A stretch of DNA of 64,000 nt from Callorhinchus milii (GCF_018977255.1 NW_024704751.1:13206001-13270000), one strand, 5' to 3'. Shown: positions 26,211-40,700, numbered from the stretch's first letter. Notes: generated by a model not told the origin, from the letters alone. Made by a program: numbers and translations.

Positions 26211-28235
26211 AGGCTGGAATTGGTGTTGGGAAAGTCTACTGGATCCCACCCCCAAAGTTTGTATGTAAATATTATTTATTTAAAGAAGTACTTGCCCCCC
26301 CCCCCCCGTCACTCAAGAATCTGCCAGAGGAAACGAATTTAAAAACAATACATCCTTCCGACACGGCACCTTTGAGACGTCTCAAAGCACTTCACAGAAC
26401 ATACTGGAAGGTCAATTGACCGTACCTTTTGTGAAGGTAAAACTGCTCAGGGTGGGGGCTCTTTAAGGGCAAAGGGTGCTCTCCGCCCCCCGACCGCCAC
26501 CCCTCCCCCGACCCCTTTTTATTGAAGGATAAAGAACTGTCATCGTTTTCAGTAGATTTTAAGATACGTGATATTGAGCACATTTTATTTTCAAAAATGG
26601 TTAAACCGTAGCACATAACCACCAATAACAGTCACAACAATGGATTATAATATTACCGTAAATAATAATCCTCACATTTGATATCTCGCCTCGTCACGTA
26701 TGTGAGACATCTCAAAGCGCTGAATACATTGTAAAGTGAATTGGCTGTATATTTTTGTTGGTGAAATGATACCCAAGGATGACAGATTGCTCACTCTGCC
26801 ATAGAGGTGGTGCTGCTTGTTTCTGTCCGTGGGCCTTGATGTCACGCTTTGATCGACGAATGCATAAAAATGACAGTGAAGTTTGGATTCAATTTGATCG
26901 ACACGAACAACGCTAAGGGAGGACAGTGACGCTAGCAATTAAAGGCAAACTGGGTGGGCTGGTAAATCACGGGGCTGACACAAAATATATTTTTAAAGAG
27001 ATTATTAGCCCCGGAAAGTAATCCACCGATCAACTGGGTTCCTACTTATCCCACAAGGAATAAGGAACCTTTCCTAAGGTTTTACCCGACCAGGAATCGA
27101 ACCTAGTTAGTTCCTCTTGCTTGCGAGACAAATGCTCCAACCACAATGGGACTCCAAAAATGCAGTGGGTCCCATGCATCACCAACAAAATTTATCCGAT
27201 AATCCTTCAATCAGGGTTTTGCACCATTGCTTTAATCTAAACTTTCCCTCCCCTCCATTAACTCTTACTGAGCTTGGCTCAGTTGGCCACACACTGGGCT
27301 CTGGGTCAGGTAGTTGTGTGGGTTCAAAACCCCACATCAGGGCTTTGAGCTCACAGTGTAGGTTGCCACTCCAGCCTTGTGAAAATAAATGAGATGTTAA
27401 ACGGAGGTCCTACTTGCTTGTTTAAGTAGCTGCTAAAGAACTCATGACATTATTTGAAAAGAGAAGGGAGTTTCTCCAAGGGCTCTGGCCAACAGTGCTC
27501 CAACTAAATTGGTTATTCACTGCGTGTCTGTGAGATATTTTCTGCGTGTGAATTGGTTTGAGATAGTGCCTTTCACCTCAGGAGGACTCTACATCTACTG
27601 TAAGGTGTATGATTTGATAGAGCACTATATTAGGAGGGAGGCTGGTAAGGAAGGTATTTAACACAGTGTAAGGTGATTGCCTTCTCTCCACCCGCACAGC
27701 TTTCCTTGACATTTCCCCTGTGAAAGGCACTATATAAATGTAAGTTGTGGTTGTTGATGATGATGAACTCTAATAAAGAAATCTGACAAACAGCTGTAAC
27801 AGGAGGGGGATCAAGCCTCAAGCAGATATAATTTCCAGTGATTTATTCGGGGGGGGGGGCTGGAAAAAGCCAGTAAATCTTATTTTATTCAAAACCCACA
27901 CCCATTCAATCCTCATACTCAAACTTCATTGGAGACAGAGACAAGAAAATTATGTGGCCAATTTAAAAACATAATTGGCCTGGGAAGAAAAGCAGATCAG
28001 TGAAAAAATAAATTTAGGCTTTCCTGATCCAAAGGGAAAACAAGTGCATAGTGGTGGAGACTCAGTTGCACACTCTCTCTGCAACGTAATGCTTTGAGAC
28101 GTACTCATGGAGCCTCTTGGTGTAGATATGTACACCAAATGCTCATTAGACTATGACTTGGATAATCGTCTGTTATTACATTCTTCGAGCAGAATTCCCA
28201 CCAGTAACACTTCAGACAGCTCATTGGGCCCTCAC

Positions 28236-31200
28236 TCACTCAAGGGTGACGTAAGTTGCATCTGTAGCAACTCCACAGTTGTTGTCCTTCATGGACATCA
28301 GTACGTATCCGTCGTTTCCCCAGTACGTTGACCAGGAATTTTTAACCAGCCAGTAGGGCTCACCATCCAGGGTACCATAGCCAACAGCAAGCACAGCGTG
28401 ATCAAGGTCCTCTGGTTTGCTTCCTGAAACAAAACAGCCACATCGGAACCAGTGAAAGGCTGATCGTATACAATGTCTAACAAGCGAGCCACATGTTGTG
28501 GAAATCTATTTCACAAAACACATCAACCATTTCAAGTATGGGTTTTTGAACAATCCAATTCCATACATGTGTACAATCATAGCACCGACTGGACCTCTCT
28601 CTTTCTCTGAGCAGTTGGGGTAAGGGATTTTATTGGGGAGTTTGGTAAAGGGGGGGGTGGTGGAAGAAAGTAGAAAGACATATCTTGCCCCAAGAAGGAA
28701 GATTTCACCCACAAAATATGCAGTCAATTCATGTGAAGCGCTTTGAGATGTCTCAATGACGTGACAAGGCGCTATATCAAATGTAAGGATTATTATTCTT
28801 ATCTCCCAAGAATTGACTTGATTCCAGCTAATTCCTTCTCTTACATAATGGATATTCAATCTTATTTCATTGTATCTGTAAAATATTAATCATGGCAAAG
28901 AAGTCTGATGGGTGCAAAGATAAACAGCACAGACAAAAAAAACTCCAAACATTCAGCAAATTGTGTCACTTGTCTGTGCTAGTTTCTCCGAATGGAGCTC
29001 TTTAAAAATTCAATTGGATTCTGAGCAACTCACCACATTTTGGCTCGTAATAAACTCCGTTGCTATAAAACCGGAAGGATTTCTGTGAGGCGTCAATCCC
29101 GACAGCTGCTGGGCCGTTTTTATAGATGGCAAACTTCAATGCTTCGATGTCTCCTGAAGTAACATTGGTGTAACTCTTCAGTTTCGCTGTCAGCGTAGAC
29201 TGATTATAGTGGCAATATCCATTCTGTAAAAAAAAAGAACACTATATAAAAATGCAACAACAATATGGCATCCGACGGGTACAATATGGCGGGGTACAGT
29301 TCCAGAGCGCTTGAAAAGCAAGTTGTTCTTGTAAATTATAATGCAAAATATTCTGAATGGAATTTCAGGTCATGGGTGAAGGCAGCTGTGATCTCTCTCC
29401 CTCTCTCCCCATAGTTGAGGAGCCTGACAATATTCACAGGCTGGTCTCACCCATGAAATAGCTTCGACAGGTAAACTCTCAATACTCACCTGTCCCATGT
29501 AAGGACCATAGGACTCGGCAGTGGAAATGCCACCATGTTTCATCATCCATTCGTACGACCGCCACTCCTCTCCTCCATCGCAGGCGTTGTTTCCGAAGCC
29601 CCACGAGCAGTCAATTAACATTTGCTGGGACAGCGAGATCAAGTTGCCGGTCTGAAAAGCGAAACAGCCCAATGGTTGACCTCTTTGACCGTGCTTCCAG
29701 TCAGTCGTCTTTTCCCCTCTCTGTTCTCATTCCCAACTCGGGTGCTCGGCCAGCATTGTCCAGCCCTTTGAGACGTCCTCCCGACGTGAAAGGCCCGATA
29801 TAAACGCAAGCTGTCCTGTAATCATCTTCTCAAGCAAACACTCAAGAAACAAAGAGACTTGCTATTAGCAGTGCGTGCTTCAATGGTTAGGGAATGCTTT
29901 TGCAAACGCAAGTATTATTATAACTGCATAATAATCAATCATATAATAATGCAGTTAACTTGAATACATCCTAATGAAATCCAGTTTATGGTTGCCCCTG
30001 CAGCTTGATATCTAATTAACATTGAGCTCCTGCTGTCAATGGGCAGCAATGTTGAAGGCAAATTGCCACCTCATTCCTTGTAAGCAAAAATCGGTGTCAA
30101 ATCTACTTGAATGCAATGATTTCAGCGCAAGGCTCACCTTCAGGAAGAGCGCCCCCTCCACTGCACCGGTTGTACCGAAACTCCAGCAGGAACCACACAC
30201 GGCCTGGTCCTTCACAGGGGTCACTGCACCTGTTAGGCAACAGAGCAGCCAAATACATATACAGCCTCAATTCATATTCAACACACACACAGAGCATTTT
30301 GTTCCTTCATCTTTCAGATAGGCTGCAGTTTGCCTACAGACTCACAGTCATTACATTTCACTGAAAACTCTCAAGCACTTTGTTTAACGTAATAAGGCGC
30401 TATGTCAAATGAGAGGATTACTAACAAACCATGATCAAATTGCCCTACGTTTCTTCTGGAGGGGATAGTTTTGCTCGTAGCCCAAGACTGCCTTTGTTAG
30501 GATCATCTTGGTACTGCACACATTTCTAAAATGTACTGGGTTGTACGTAGGCCAACGCGGAAGCCAATTTGCACACAGCAGTGCCCCACAAACAGCCAAT
30601 GAAGTGAGCGACCGATTTTAAGCAGGGGATTGCCAGCCAGGATGTGAAGGGTCAGACATTTCCTCAATCACCAAAGCTTTAGCAAACTGAGTATTAAGAA
30701 CACGCCTTTTAAAGCCGGAGCCCAGCCTGCTGTGTAAAGCCCTTCGAGACGTCCTCCCGATGTGAAAAGCTCTCCGTAAACACACACTGTGTTGGAATCT
30801 ACTGGACACAGCGATTGCCGTGACACATTAGAGGCACAATATTAAATGGAAGGTTCATTATTCACTAGAATGCTGTTAATAATAACAATGATAATCCTTG
30901 CATTTGATTATAGCACATTATCACGTCTTCGAGACGTTTCAAAGCGCTTCACAGAATATACTGTAAAGTGTAGTGACTGTATATTTTGTGCGTTAAAAAA
31001 AAACCAAGGAGGGGTGGGGGGAAAAAGAGAAAAGACTCACACACCATATAACCTCCAGTCCATACTAGCTGGCAGTAGGACAGATTCATAGTGCTCTGCA
31101 GGGAAAGGCCGCCCATTGTTTGGTTTGGTCCTCCTCTGCCTTCCTCTCATAGGTCCCACCTCATCCACAGTGCGATCAGCAAGATGGTTGATTTCCATCT

Positions 31201-34200
31201 TGAAGGTCAGGTTAGCCCGGTTCATTGAATGGATGTACCTTAAAAAGGGGGTAAAAGAAACTCAGTGAAAATTCCAGAGGATCATTGAGACGGGAGATTA
31301 AATATGAATCCCGTGGGATTTTTGCATGAGTTAAGTGCAGAAGTTTCAAGCTAAAGATTATCATGATATTGCAAGCTTATAAATATAAGAGGAAGGAATT
31401 TCTCCCAGTGTTGCCGTATCCCACTCCTCAGGTAAAATTGCTCATTCACTTCATGACAGTTTGTAGGAATTTTGTTGTGTGCAATGAGGCTGCTGACTAG
31501 AAATAGTTACTACACGCCACAGTAAAGTCAAGTGAAGCTCATGATATAATCACTATATCAAATGCAGGAATTACACACATACACTCTGCTTAAATCCATT
31601 GCTCCCTTCCTCAATAGCTGTGATTTAAAATGATGCCGTATTGAACTCTACCTCAGGTTGTGGACAAAAATGTTCTTTCGAAACTCGTGCTCATCCGGAT
31701 CGTAATCCTTGTCAAACTTCTCCTTGTAATGTTGGAACAAGTGATGAGACTGATCCTCCCGCTCAGGAGAAACAAAATCCTGTATAGGATTGACCGCCAT
31801 TCTGTGCTCCACTCCAGGACCTGGAAACTCTTCACAGGTCAGGCCTGCAGTCAAATAAAAACATTTAAAAAGGAATTGCAATAGTTTCTATTGCTTAACA
31901 TTAATTTAATAGCTTCCCACTGATTTTACCTGTAAAAATTGGATACAACCAACACTCTTATATAAGTGTCCGATCAGCTATTGTTACACAGGTTTGGTGT
32001 GGACTAAATTGTAGGACTTATCTTACTAACCACTGAAAGAGTTTTTGCACGATCCTAAATTTTAATGCAAAATAGTCTGAATGGAATTTCAATCCGTGTG
32101 TGAGGACAGCTGACCCTAACCCTAACCTCACTTCATACACATTTAACTATTTTTAAAAAAATCCAGTGGTTCCAGATGGGGACATTAAGCTCCACTAAGC
32201 TGGCCAGTAATTGTTACCTGCAGGGAGTTTGAAGATACTTGGGTCCACAATGCGTTGCAAATCCGTGTAGTCTATTTCGTACTTGTCATAGTGTGAACCA
32301 AGCAAAGTGTTGAATCCCTTCATTTCATAGTGGATGGGGATGGAACCCTCTGAAGAATTGGTTATCCAAATAGTGTAGGTGTTTTTCTTCTTCCCCTCGT
32401 AGACAACATGTTGCCATACTGTGCAAAGCCGGCCTTTATACTCCTCTTCCTTGATGGGCTGGAACATTGGCAAGGGAAGGGGGGTTGGGGGGGGGAAGAT
32501 TAGAATCAAATCAGGTCACACTTCCTGTCAAATATCTATACTTCTACAGCAGACTGACTGTTGTGCAATAGACCAATAGTCAACTAACTGGAACGGAACT
32601 AAGAAACATAAATCAGGGCTACTCAAGGCAAGACTGGAAGAATTGGCCTTTAGTTAGAACTTAAAATAAGCATAATCAGCTGTAAAGGTCTGGGATGCCA
32701 CCTTCATGAGGGGCACTATGTAACTGCAGATTGACGTTGTAGTAAAGTACATTACCTTTACAGTTATGAAGTCTTTCAACAATAACAGATAATAATCTTT
32801 GCACTTGTCCTGCCTGTGCTAATTCACAGGATGTTCCTGCAAATTGTGTTGTCTGGCAAATGAGGGGAAAGGTTTGCTGGTCCATTGGATTGAATTGTAG
32901 GTTTACTAACTCAGGGCACGGTCAGACAACAACAACTTGCATTTATATTGCGGCCTCCAAGCAGGGCAGTGTCTCGGAGCGCTTAAAGCGCTTCTGGCAT
33001 CACCAGTGAGTGTGACAACAATCAGACCTGATGATGATCACTGTGACCAAATGGCTTGGGCACAAAGGAGCACAGAGAGCAAAGGCCAAGGACCAAAGCT
33101 GCCCAAATGAGCCAGAGTAAACAACTGGCCAGCTTCCTGCAAGCGTAATATTGCTGTCGTAGCAAAGAAATTAGTCATTAAAACAACAAACTCTGTGTAT
33201 TTTAACCTTCTCCTAGCTCCACGTTCTCTACTGAAATCTTATACCTGAAAACCTTCCAGGCTGGGAAAGATGGATTGCGGAAGGATAGGGTCCTTGACTG
33301 TTCCCTTCGCTTGGAAACATTTGATGACGTTGATCTCGGTCTCTGTGGTCTCTGGGGAGATCTTGTAGCCCACGCCAGCAGGCTTCACAAATCCATGCTG
33401 CAAGGTTACAACCTGACCTGTTATGAGTAGCAGAGGTGTAAGTCCTGTATAAAAGCTATTGTTTATTAACAACCACAAGAAGTTAATTTGTATAGCATCT
33501 TTCACATCAGGAGGACAATCCAATCAGAGATTTGGACCCGAGCTGAGGGTTGGGATCAGAAGGGGTGGAGGGCAGGCAGGGGTAGGAGGGTGGTTGAAGG
33601 CACGGTCGAAAAGGAGGATGCAAGGGAGGGAGCAAGGAGGACGCAAGGGAGGGAGCAAGGCGAAACCTCATCACCAAAACCGTCACATCCAAAACGCAAA
33701 GCACTAACGTTTCGCCCACAAAACGTACAGTCAATTCACTTTGCAGTATGTTCTGTGAAGCGCTTTGAGACGTCTCAATGTTATGATAAGGCGCTATATC
33801 AAACACAAAGATTATTATTATTATCATCATCAAACAGTACCGTGATAAAACTCGATGCGGCTGACTCTCCCGGACAGGTTATACCAGGCTTCAAATGGCT
33901 CTTCGATTTCAGCGTATGGCAAAGACAGAATCCCTGCAGAAGACAGATTCAAAATGCATTGAATGCAAAGCAAACACCCCGGAGCCTTTTACATATAATG
34001 GAGGCCCATTAGAACACAACATTAGAACACAAATCACATCAAATGCACATCACATTGTGTTCAGATTACTGAAACTGGCTTTTAAATAGGAAACGTTACA
34101 AGTTCTAAATTGACACAATTTCTCCTGCTTGAAAAAACATTGACCACAGGACTCGAGAGAAGAATGTAATAATCTCAATCTGTGTAGTTGTGGGTTTCTT

Positions 34201-36251
34201 ATTACTTAATGTAGAGTCTACATGAGCGAAAACAATGCTGAAATAGACCGTACAACCATAATAAATCATTTGTCTCAGACGGTTTAGATGATTGCGCCAT
34301 TTTTGATTTTCAACAGGTCATGAGCTGGTGGCCAATGTGCTGACTGAGGTAGAACAGCATTACAGCAATGAATCATGTGCACAAGTCTCTTGAACAAGAT
34401 GCACATGGCTCCTGGAGAATTATTTTTATAAAGGGTGATGTCGCTTCTTTGTCACAACTTAAGGCAAGATTGAGCGGACAGGAGTTTTCTGTATACCTTG
34501 TCCATACATGAGAGACAGACAGATAAATCTCAGCTGGGAAAAGCTGATCATCACACAGAACCAGAGAAGAAGCCATTCTACTTGCACAATACTTGTTAGA
34601 ACTCCCCCACATCCAACTTCCCCTTCCAAAGTCACTTAATGGGTCATATGATCTCCACTATAAGATTTGAAAGATGGGTAGTTCTATAGAACTGATAATA
34701 CAAGCAGAACAATTGCACCAAATTAACTGGTTAAATACAAATGTGATTGTGTAATGTATAATTTGTTGCTGTTTAAATGCATTGCCCTTGCACTTGGTCA
34801 AAACACACAATTTGATTTTTTTTTTTACCTGCAACATGGTAAATGTCTCCAAACGAAGGAACTTTCGTCAAGAATTTAGATTCCAAACCTGCAGAGAGTG
34901 AACACAAGTTTCGAAGTTAGACAGCAGCCGTACAGAATTGTGAATCAACTCAGTAACAAAACGTTTGGTGTGAAGTTTTGTATTTCTGGAAAAGATTTTC
35001 CAATCTTTTGGACATACTAAAGTCCAGCCACATAAAATACGGTTATTGCGATTTTCAACACGTGCTATTCTTTATACAGAACTGCAGGGCTATATACTAC
35101 GGTGAAACACATAAATATGACAAAGTAGATTAGTAACAGATACTGCTGCAGAACAAACTAGAACACAGCTTTTGCTACAACTGGGCATTTGGTTTCATGA
35201 GAAACTATAGACAGTTTATGAAAAGTCAACAAGTTTAAACAAGAACGCACGTACACACAACCACTGGAAAAGGCTTTGCCAAACAACTCGACCAGTTTTG
35301 TCCATAATACAAATTTCTAGAGGAATATTTAAAGTAGTTACTAACGTACATCGTTTCTTTTTCAATACAAAACTGTAAATATAAAATCCTTTTGTCACAC
35401 CTTATTTTCCGAATAGGCCTCCCCTGGGGGTTTTAATCTATTTGCAAACTCTCGTATTCTATAATATAATACAATAATCCTTGGATTTCATATAGCGCCT
35501 GATCACTCCATCAACGTCTCGAAGCGCTTCACAAAATATACTGCAAAGTGAATTGACTGTACATTTTGAGGCTGAAACACATAGCAGTGTCCCACAGACA
35601 GTCCTGGACTGAGTGATTATCTGTTGAAATTCACAAATACGGTTGTGTCATTCTCTGTTTTGAAGAGATTATTCCGCCCCCGTCTCAACCCTCTCCTGAA
35701 GGCTGTTTTCTTATTTTGCTTTGAGGCACAGGATCTATTGATGCAGATGGCACTTTGTTAACTTACTCAAAGAGTAAGTGAGTCAGCAGACTTATTTTCC
35801 TGGGAGCAGCTGATTTGGCTCCTGGCCATACCCAGGCTCCTTTTACACATAAACACACATCCACCTCAAATCTGGGTTACCAGAAAGAATACAAAGAGCA
35901 TTTATATTTAAATTATGTTATGATAGATCAGCAATGAGAAGCCTAACTGATTTAATCCCAGTTCTGAGACCTCACCTGACTCAGCTCAGAAAGTGGATCG
36001 ATCCCTTTTTAACCTTTCCCCCACAGTATGGCTCAGCCACTCGTTAAAAAAAAAGCCCTGAGTCTTGGTGGGGGGTTGTTGCTGGATCCCGTGTCTGTGC
36101 ATCAACCCTCCCTGACTCCTCTATCTGAGAGCCCTCTGCAAGTGCAGAGACCGAGAAAAGTGGGAAGAAAAAGCTGCACCAGAACCTGCTGAGAGTTACC
36201 TGCAAAGCAGCTCAAGAGCGCAGCACCAAACCAACACCAGGAGGTCCCCAT
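28236..36251 (-). CDS. Papain-family (C1A) cysteine protease, 26/29-kDa proteinase / counting factor-associated protein D-like, copy A (about 545 aa)
   Basis: Eleven exons: 36200-36251 (signal peptide), 34829-34888, 33841-33933, 33245-33417, 32218-32458, 31652-31844, 31045-31238, 30138-30229, 29490-29651, 29034-29223, 28236-28423; total 1638 nt, open. I29 prodomain ERFNIN motif ([20 protein letters not shown]), catalytic Cys ([10 protein letters not shown]), His (LDHAV), Asn (KNSW). A long extra N-terminal domain precedes the prodomain. Confidence 0.92.
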
Positions 36252-36289
36252 CACTGGGCTCGAACCCTGATTCCGCTCAGTGTATCCAT

Positions 36290-36420
36290 CTGTGAGGGCA
36301 AACAGCCAATCAGAGGCCGGTGTGTAACGAACCAGGACCCAATCAGAAGCCTCCGAGGGGGTGTAGGGGGTGGGACCTCTGCCAGGAATCAGCTGAAAGG
36401 TCCATCACATGATTGTGTGT
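36290..36420 (-). promoter_or_regulatory. Proximal promoter of protease copy A
   Basis: Two CCAATCAG boxes (about 36306 and 36339), a GGGGTGGG box, and TCACATGA (M-box/MiT-TFE-like) at 36405-36412, all within 170 bp of the ATG. Confidence 0.5.
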
Positions 36421-37788
36421 CAAATGGCCATGAGCTCTCAAAGGCAACTGCTCTCCCAAAGTCTCCCAAAGTCATGGCCTGTGACAGACGAGTTGAGTTC
36501 GAGGTTTTTTTAAAAAAAATCTTTGTTGCCCAAATTTTCGCCAACCGAACCCAATCGGGTCCTCGACCGACCACGACGGTGGTTGCATTTGAGAAAGCGC
36601 CTCGGGAGGACGTCCCCCGAGGCGTTCTCCCTCGAGCAATTCAGCGAGGACCGGCCCGCCATGGGGTCGTCTTTGCCCCCACCCCCCCCCTCCACCCCAC
36701 CCACCGCCACCTCCCCCCGCCCCACACCGCGCCTCTCCGGGCCGGCCCTCCCGTCAGTCCTGGCCACCGTCGGACACGCTGGGTGTTCCGTTGTCAAGAG
36801 TGCCGTGGCTTAGGAAGTGGTGCAACCGAGAGAGAGAAAAAAAAACGCGTGCCGCGGAAAATTGACGCGATTCCGAAATTCTACTGTAAAGCCCGTCACC
36901 CACCTTGGAACCAATCTTCCTCCTCTCCCCAACCCCTCCTCGCCGGAGGGCAGATTATAAAAGAAAAGCAGATCACATCTCAAAACAGTTGTAATCCCAC
37001 TGTGATTTATTAGGGAGACGAAATTACATTGTAAATCAATTAAATATGAGGAAACAAACCAGTTTAACCATTTATGTCGTCCCTCGACCTGAAACAGTAG
37101 AGGGCAGGTACAGTGTAATAAAACTTTTGACAGATATCATAAAACTTTTACACAAGGAACAATAAATGTACAGAGTAATCTACCAGGAAAGTAACATAAG
37201 CATTGTGTTTTTTTTTCAAAATACAATTTGGTGTCGTCCCTCAGATTAGACATTAAATCTAGGTCCTGTCCGTGACTGTTCAAATGGATGTTAAAGATCT
37301 TGTGACACTATTCTAAAACGAGAAGGAGGTTTCTCCTGGTTTCCTACCTGATAATCCTCCAGATTTTTAAAAAGAATTGGTCATTCATTCACTCCATGGC
37401 TGTTTGTTGGACACTGTTGCGCCCAATTTAACTGTCTTAATACCTACACAGTCACTGCACTTCACAGAAATTGTAGTCGAGCTTTTTGAAAACTCTTCCA
37501 AGCACTATAATAAAGTGGATTATTTATGAATTGGACATCACGATGAGGTGATTATACAAGAGGCATGTCCCGTATCTCTTACCTCTATTATTACTGTAAT
37601 CTAACACTGCATTATTTAGGGATCCATCCGGAAAGAAAAACAGAAAAAGCGATCTGGTTACTAGTCTAAGGCAAAATTTGTATTAGTCTGGAAACTGTAG
37701 TCAGGGCGATTTTCCTGCTAGTATATTGTCTGGGTGAAAAGCACAGATGTAAATCAAATCCAGTGTTGATAGAAATCTCAGGTGCCAC

Positions 37789-40700
37789 TCATTCGAGGGT
37801 GACATAAATCGCATCTGTAGTAACTCCGCAGTTGTTGTCCTTCATGGACATCAGTATGTATCCGTCGTTTCCCCAGTACGTTGACCAGGAATTTTTAATT
37901 AGCCAGTAGGGCTCACCGTCCAGGGTACCGTAGCCAACAGCAAGCACAGCGTGATTAAGGTTCCACAGTTTGTTTCCTGGAACAGTAAAAAAAAAGATTT
38001 AAAACAAATAACTGGACCCCCTTCCCCTCCCTCACCCAGCTCGGCGTCACGATCTGCCATGGCCAAGCACTCTGGGACTTTTCCACAAGAGGCGCTATAT
38101 AAATGCAAGTTGCTGTTCTTGTTGTAACGAGGTGCGTTAGAAATGTTTATTAATGCTGCTGGATATTTTCCTTTGGTTCCCCAGAGTAAGTTCAAATACT
38201 TACCACACTGCGGTTCATAATACACACCGCTGCTATAAAACCTGAAGGATCGATGTGCAGCATCAATCCCAACAGACACAGGTCCGTTTTTGAAGATGGC
38301 CATCTTTAACTCTTCGGAGTTCCCTGTCGTAACACTGGTGTAGTACTTCACCTTGGCTGTCATCGTAGAGTCGTTGTAGTGGCAGAATCCATTCTGAGAG
38401 CAAATGAATGAATGAATCAATCAATAAATAAAGCTTGGTGAGCCTATCACCTCCATGTTCGCCCAGCTCCAATGGTTCCCCATCTTCCCCAGTAAATAGA
38501 GTTAAAAATCCTTGTTGTCGCCTTTAATTCCCTTCACCCTCTCGCCCCCAACCCTACCTATATGTCCTCCCTCCTCAAACGCTACTGACCCAGCCACTCC
38601 CTTTATTCAGAGACCTGCTTCAAGTCCCTGCCTTCCCCTCCTGACATCGGTAAGCGAACTTTCAGCCGATCAGTCCCCACTCTGTGGAACTCGACGCTTC
38701 CCTCCGCCTCGTTCCCTCCCTCCCCTCATTCACAGTCCATCTCAAGGACCTTGGCTCACACATTAGGTCAAATAAAACCCTCCAATATCCAATATATCCT
38801 AGTGGATGACAAACATTAACTACATAAATTTTCATTTTCCTCTATCCCTCCGCCTTGTCCCCTACTTCCCCATCTTCAGATCGTGCCTGAACTTTCCTCT
38901 TCAACTGTCCCTAGTCACCTCTCCCCTCCCCCCGGATCGACGCCACTGTCAACCCCTCCAAGACGCTTCCCTGTGTGAGAAGCGCTGTGTAAATGTAAGT
39001 TGTTGTTCATTTCTGACCTCTCCCAAGTAAGGACCATAAGACTCTGCAGTTGCAACTCCACCGTGTTTCATGATCCATTCAAATGTCTGCCACTCCCGAC
39101 CTCCATCGCAGGCCCGGTTCCCGTAGCCCCATGTACAGTCCACCAACATTTGTTGAGACAGCAAAATTAAATCTCCCGTCTGAGGAGGAAACAAGAGATG
39201 TAACCAGGTGGCCTCCCATACAAGCTTATTGAATAATAATGACTTTGGAAGAATGGATTAGGTACTTGGATTTGCCAGAGTGAACTGTGGGATGTAATAG
39301 GAAAACACCCAGAGATCCTGGCAAAAGTACTAGATTAGCCCACACATAGAATTACGTAGATTATACAGCACAGAATCAGGTCATTCAGCCCAACTAGACC
39401 ATGCTGATGTTTATAGAATAGCATCATAGGTTTATACTCCACACTCACCTCCACCTTCCGAATCCTCTCACTCTCCCATACCCCTCTATTCCCTTCTCCC
39501 TCTTTTACCCCTCTGTGCTATAAACTTCAATGCTTCTAATATACGTTGTCACTTTGACACCAAATACCATAACATGCTTATTTTTTGCAGAAGCGCAAAA
39601 GTGGTGAATTTGCTGAAGTTGATTTGGTTTCCGATAGCTTTCAGTATTAATATCACACATTATTTGGCCTCCCCTCCACTACCCCCTCACCCCAATCCAG
39701 CTCAAGGGTCATATTTGACTATATTTCTGAATGACTCAAGTCAGCACTGACACTTTGGTTATCTATCCAAGGAAAGCTTCATTACTAAAAAAAAGTCCAC
39801 AAATCATCATCGTTAAACATTTCCATTCTCACCTTCAGAAAGAGCGCTCCTTCCAAAACACCCGTTATACTGAAACTCCAGCAGGAGCCACACACGGCTT
39901 GATCTTTGACGGGGTTCACAGCACCTGAGACACACAAAAGAATTCTGAATTAAGGCAAGCAGATTGGGTGGGAGATGGTGGGGAGGAAGAAACAAACTAT
40001 CGAAAGTTATTATCAGTCATCTTAGTACAGTGAAGGACATGAAATGGAAGTCTGCTTCACGTCCCCTACCTCGCCACTGTCCAGCGCCTTGGGACGTCCT
40101 CCCGACGTGAAAGGCGCTATAGAAATGTAATTTTGTTGTTGTCCTTGTCTGCCTTAGAGGCACAAACCAGATAAAGACAAGGCAACATCAAGTCAACATT
40201 TTTTACCACATCCTGTAAGCTTCAACCACATTAATGACTCCAACCTTCAATGAAGCCACGTACCGTATAATCTCCAGTCCATACTGGGCGGCACGATAAC
40301 TGACACGTAGCGCTCAGCGGGAAAAGGCCGACCTTTATTTGGCTCGCTGCTTATCAGTCTCCCTCTCATGGAAGCCAGCTCATCTGTAGTCTGATCAGCG
40401 AGGTGATTGATTTCCATTTTGTAGGTCAGGTTTGCCCGGTTCATCGAGTGGATGTACCTTGAAGGATTAATGTCGAGAGGAGCAATGTTGACTTTTATCA
40501 CCGTCTGTCAGAGCGAACGTCGTGTGGTTAAAGCGCCGCGGAACAAAGGGTGCAAAATGCAATCTGCGCGCAATTGGCTGCCGCGTTTCGCCCACAAATT
40601 ATACAGTCAATTCAATTTACAGCGTATTCTGTGAAGCGCTTTGAGACGTCTCAAACACGCGATAAGGCGCTGTATCAAATGCAAGGATTATTATTATTCT

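Noticed and set aside
24898-26255. Long Gly- or Pro-rich ORFs
   Set aside because: Produced by G-rich low-complexity tracts that lack stop codons.
32114-32127. CCCTAACCCTAACC telomere-like motif
   Set aside because: Only about two units, too short to call an interstitial telomeric repeat.
36417-37013. 198-aa plus-strand ORF between the protease genes
   Set aside because: Overlaps a LINE tail and a C-rich tract; no recognisable domain or splice structure.
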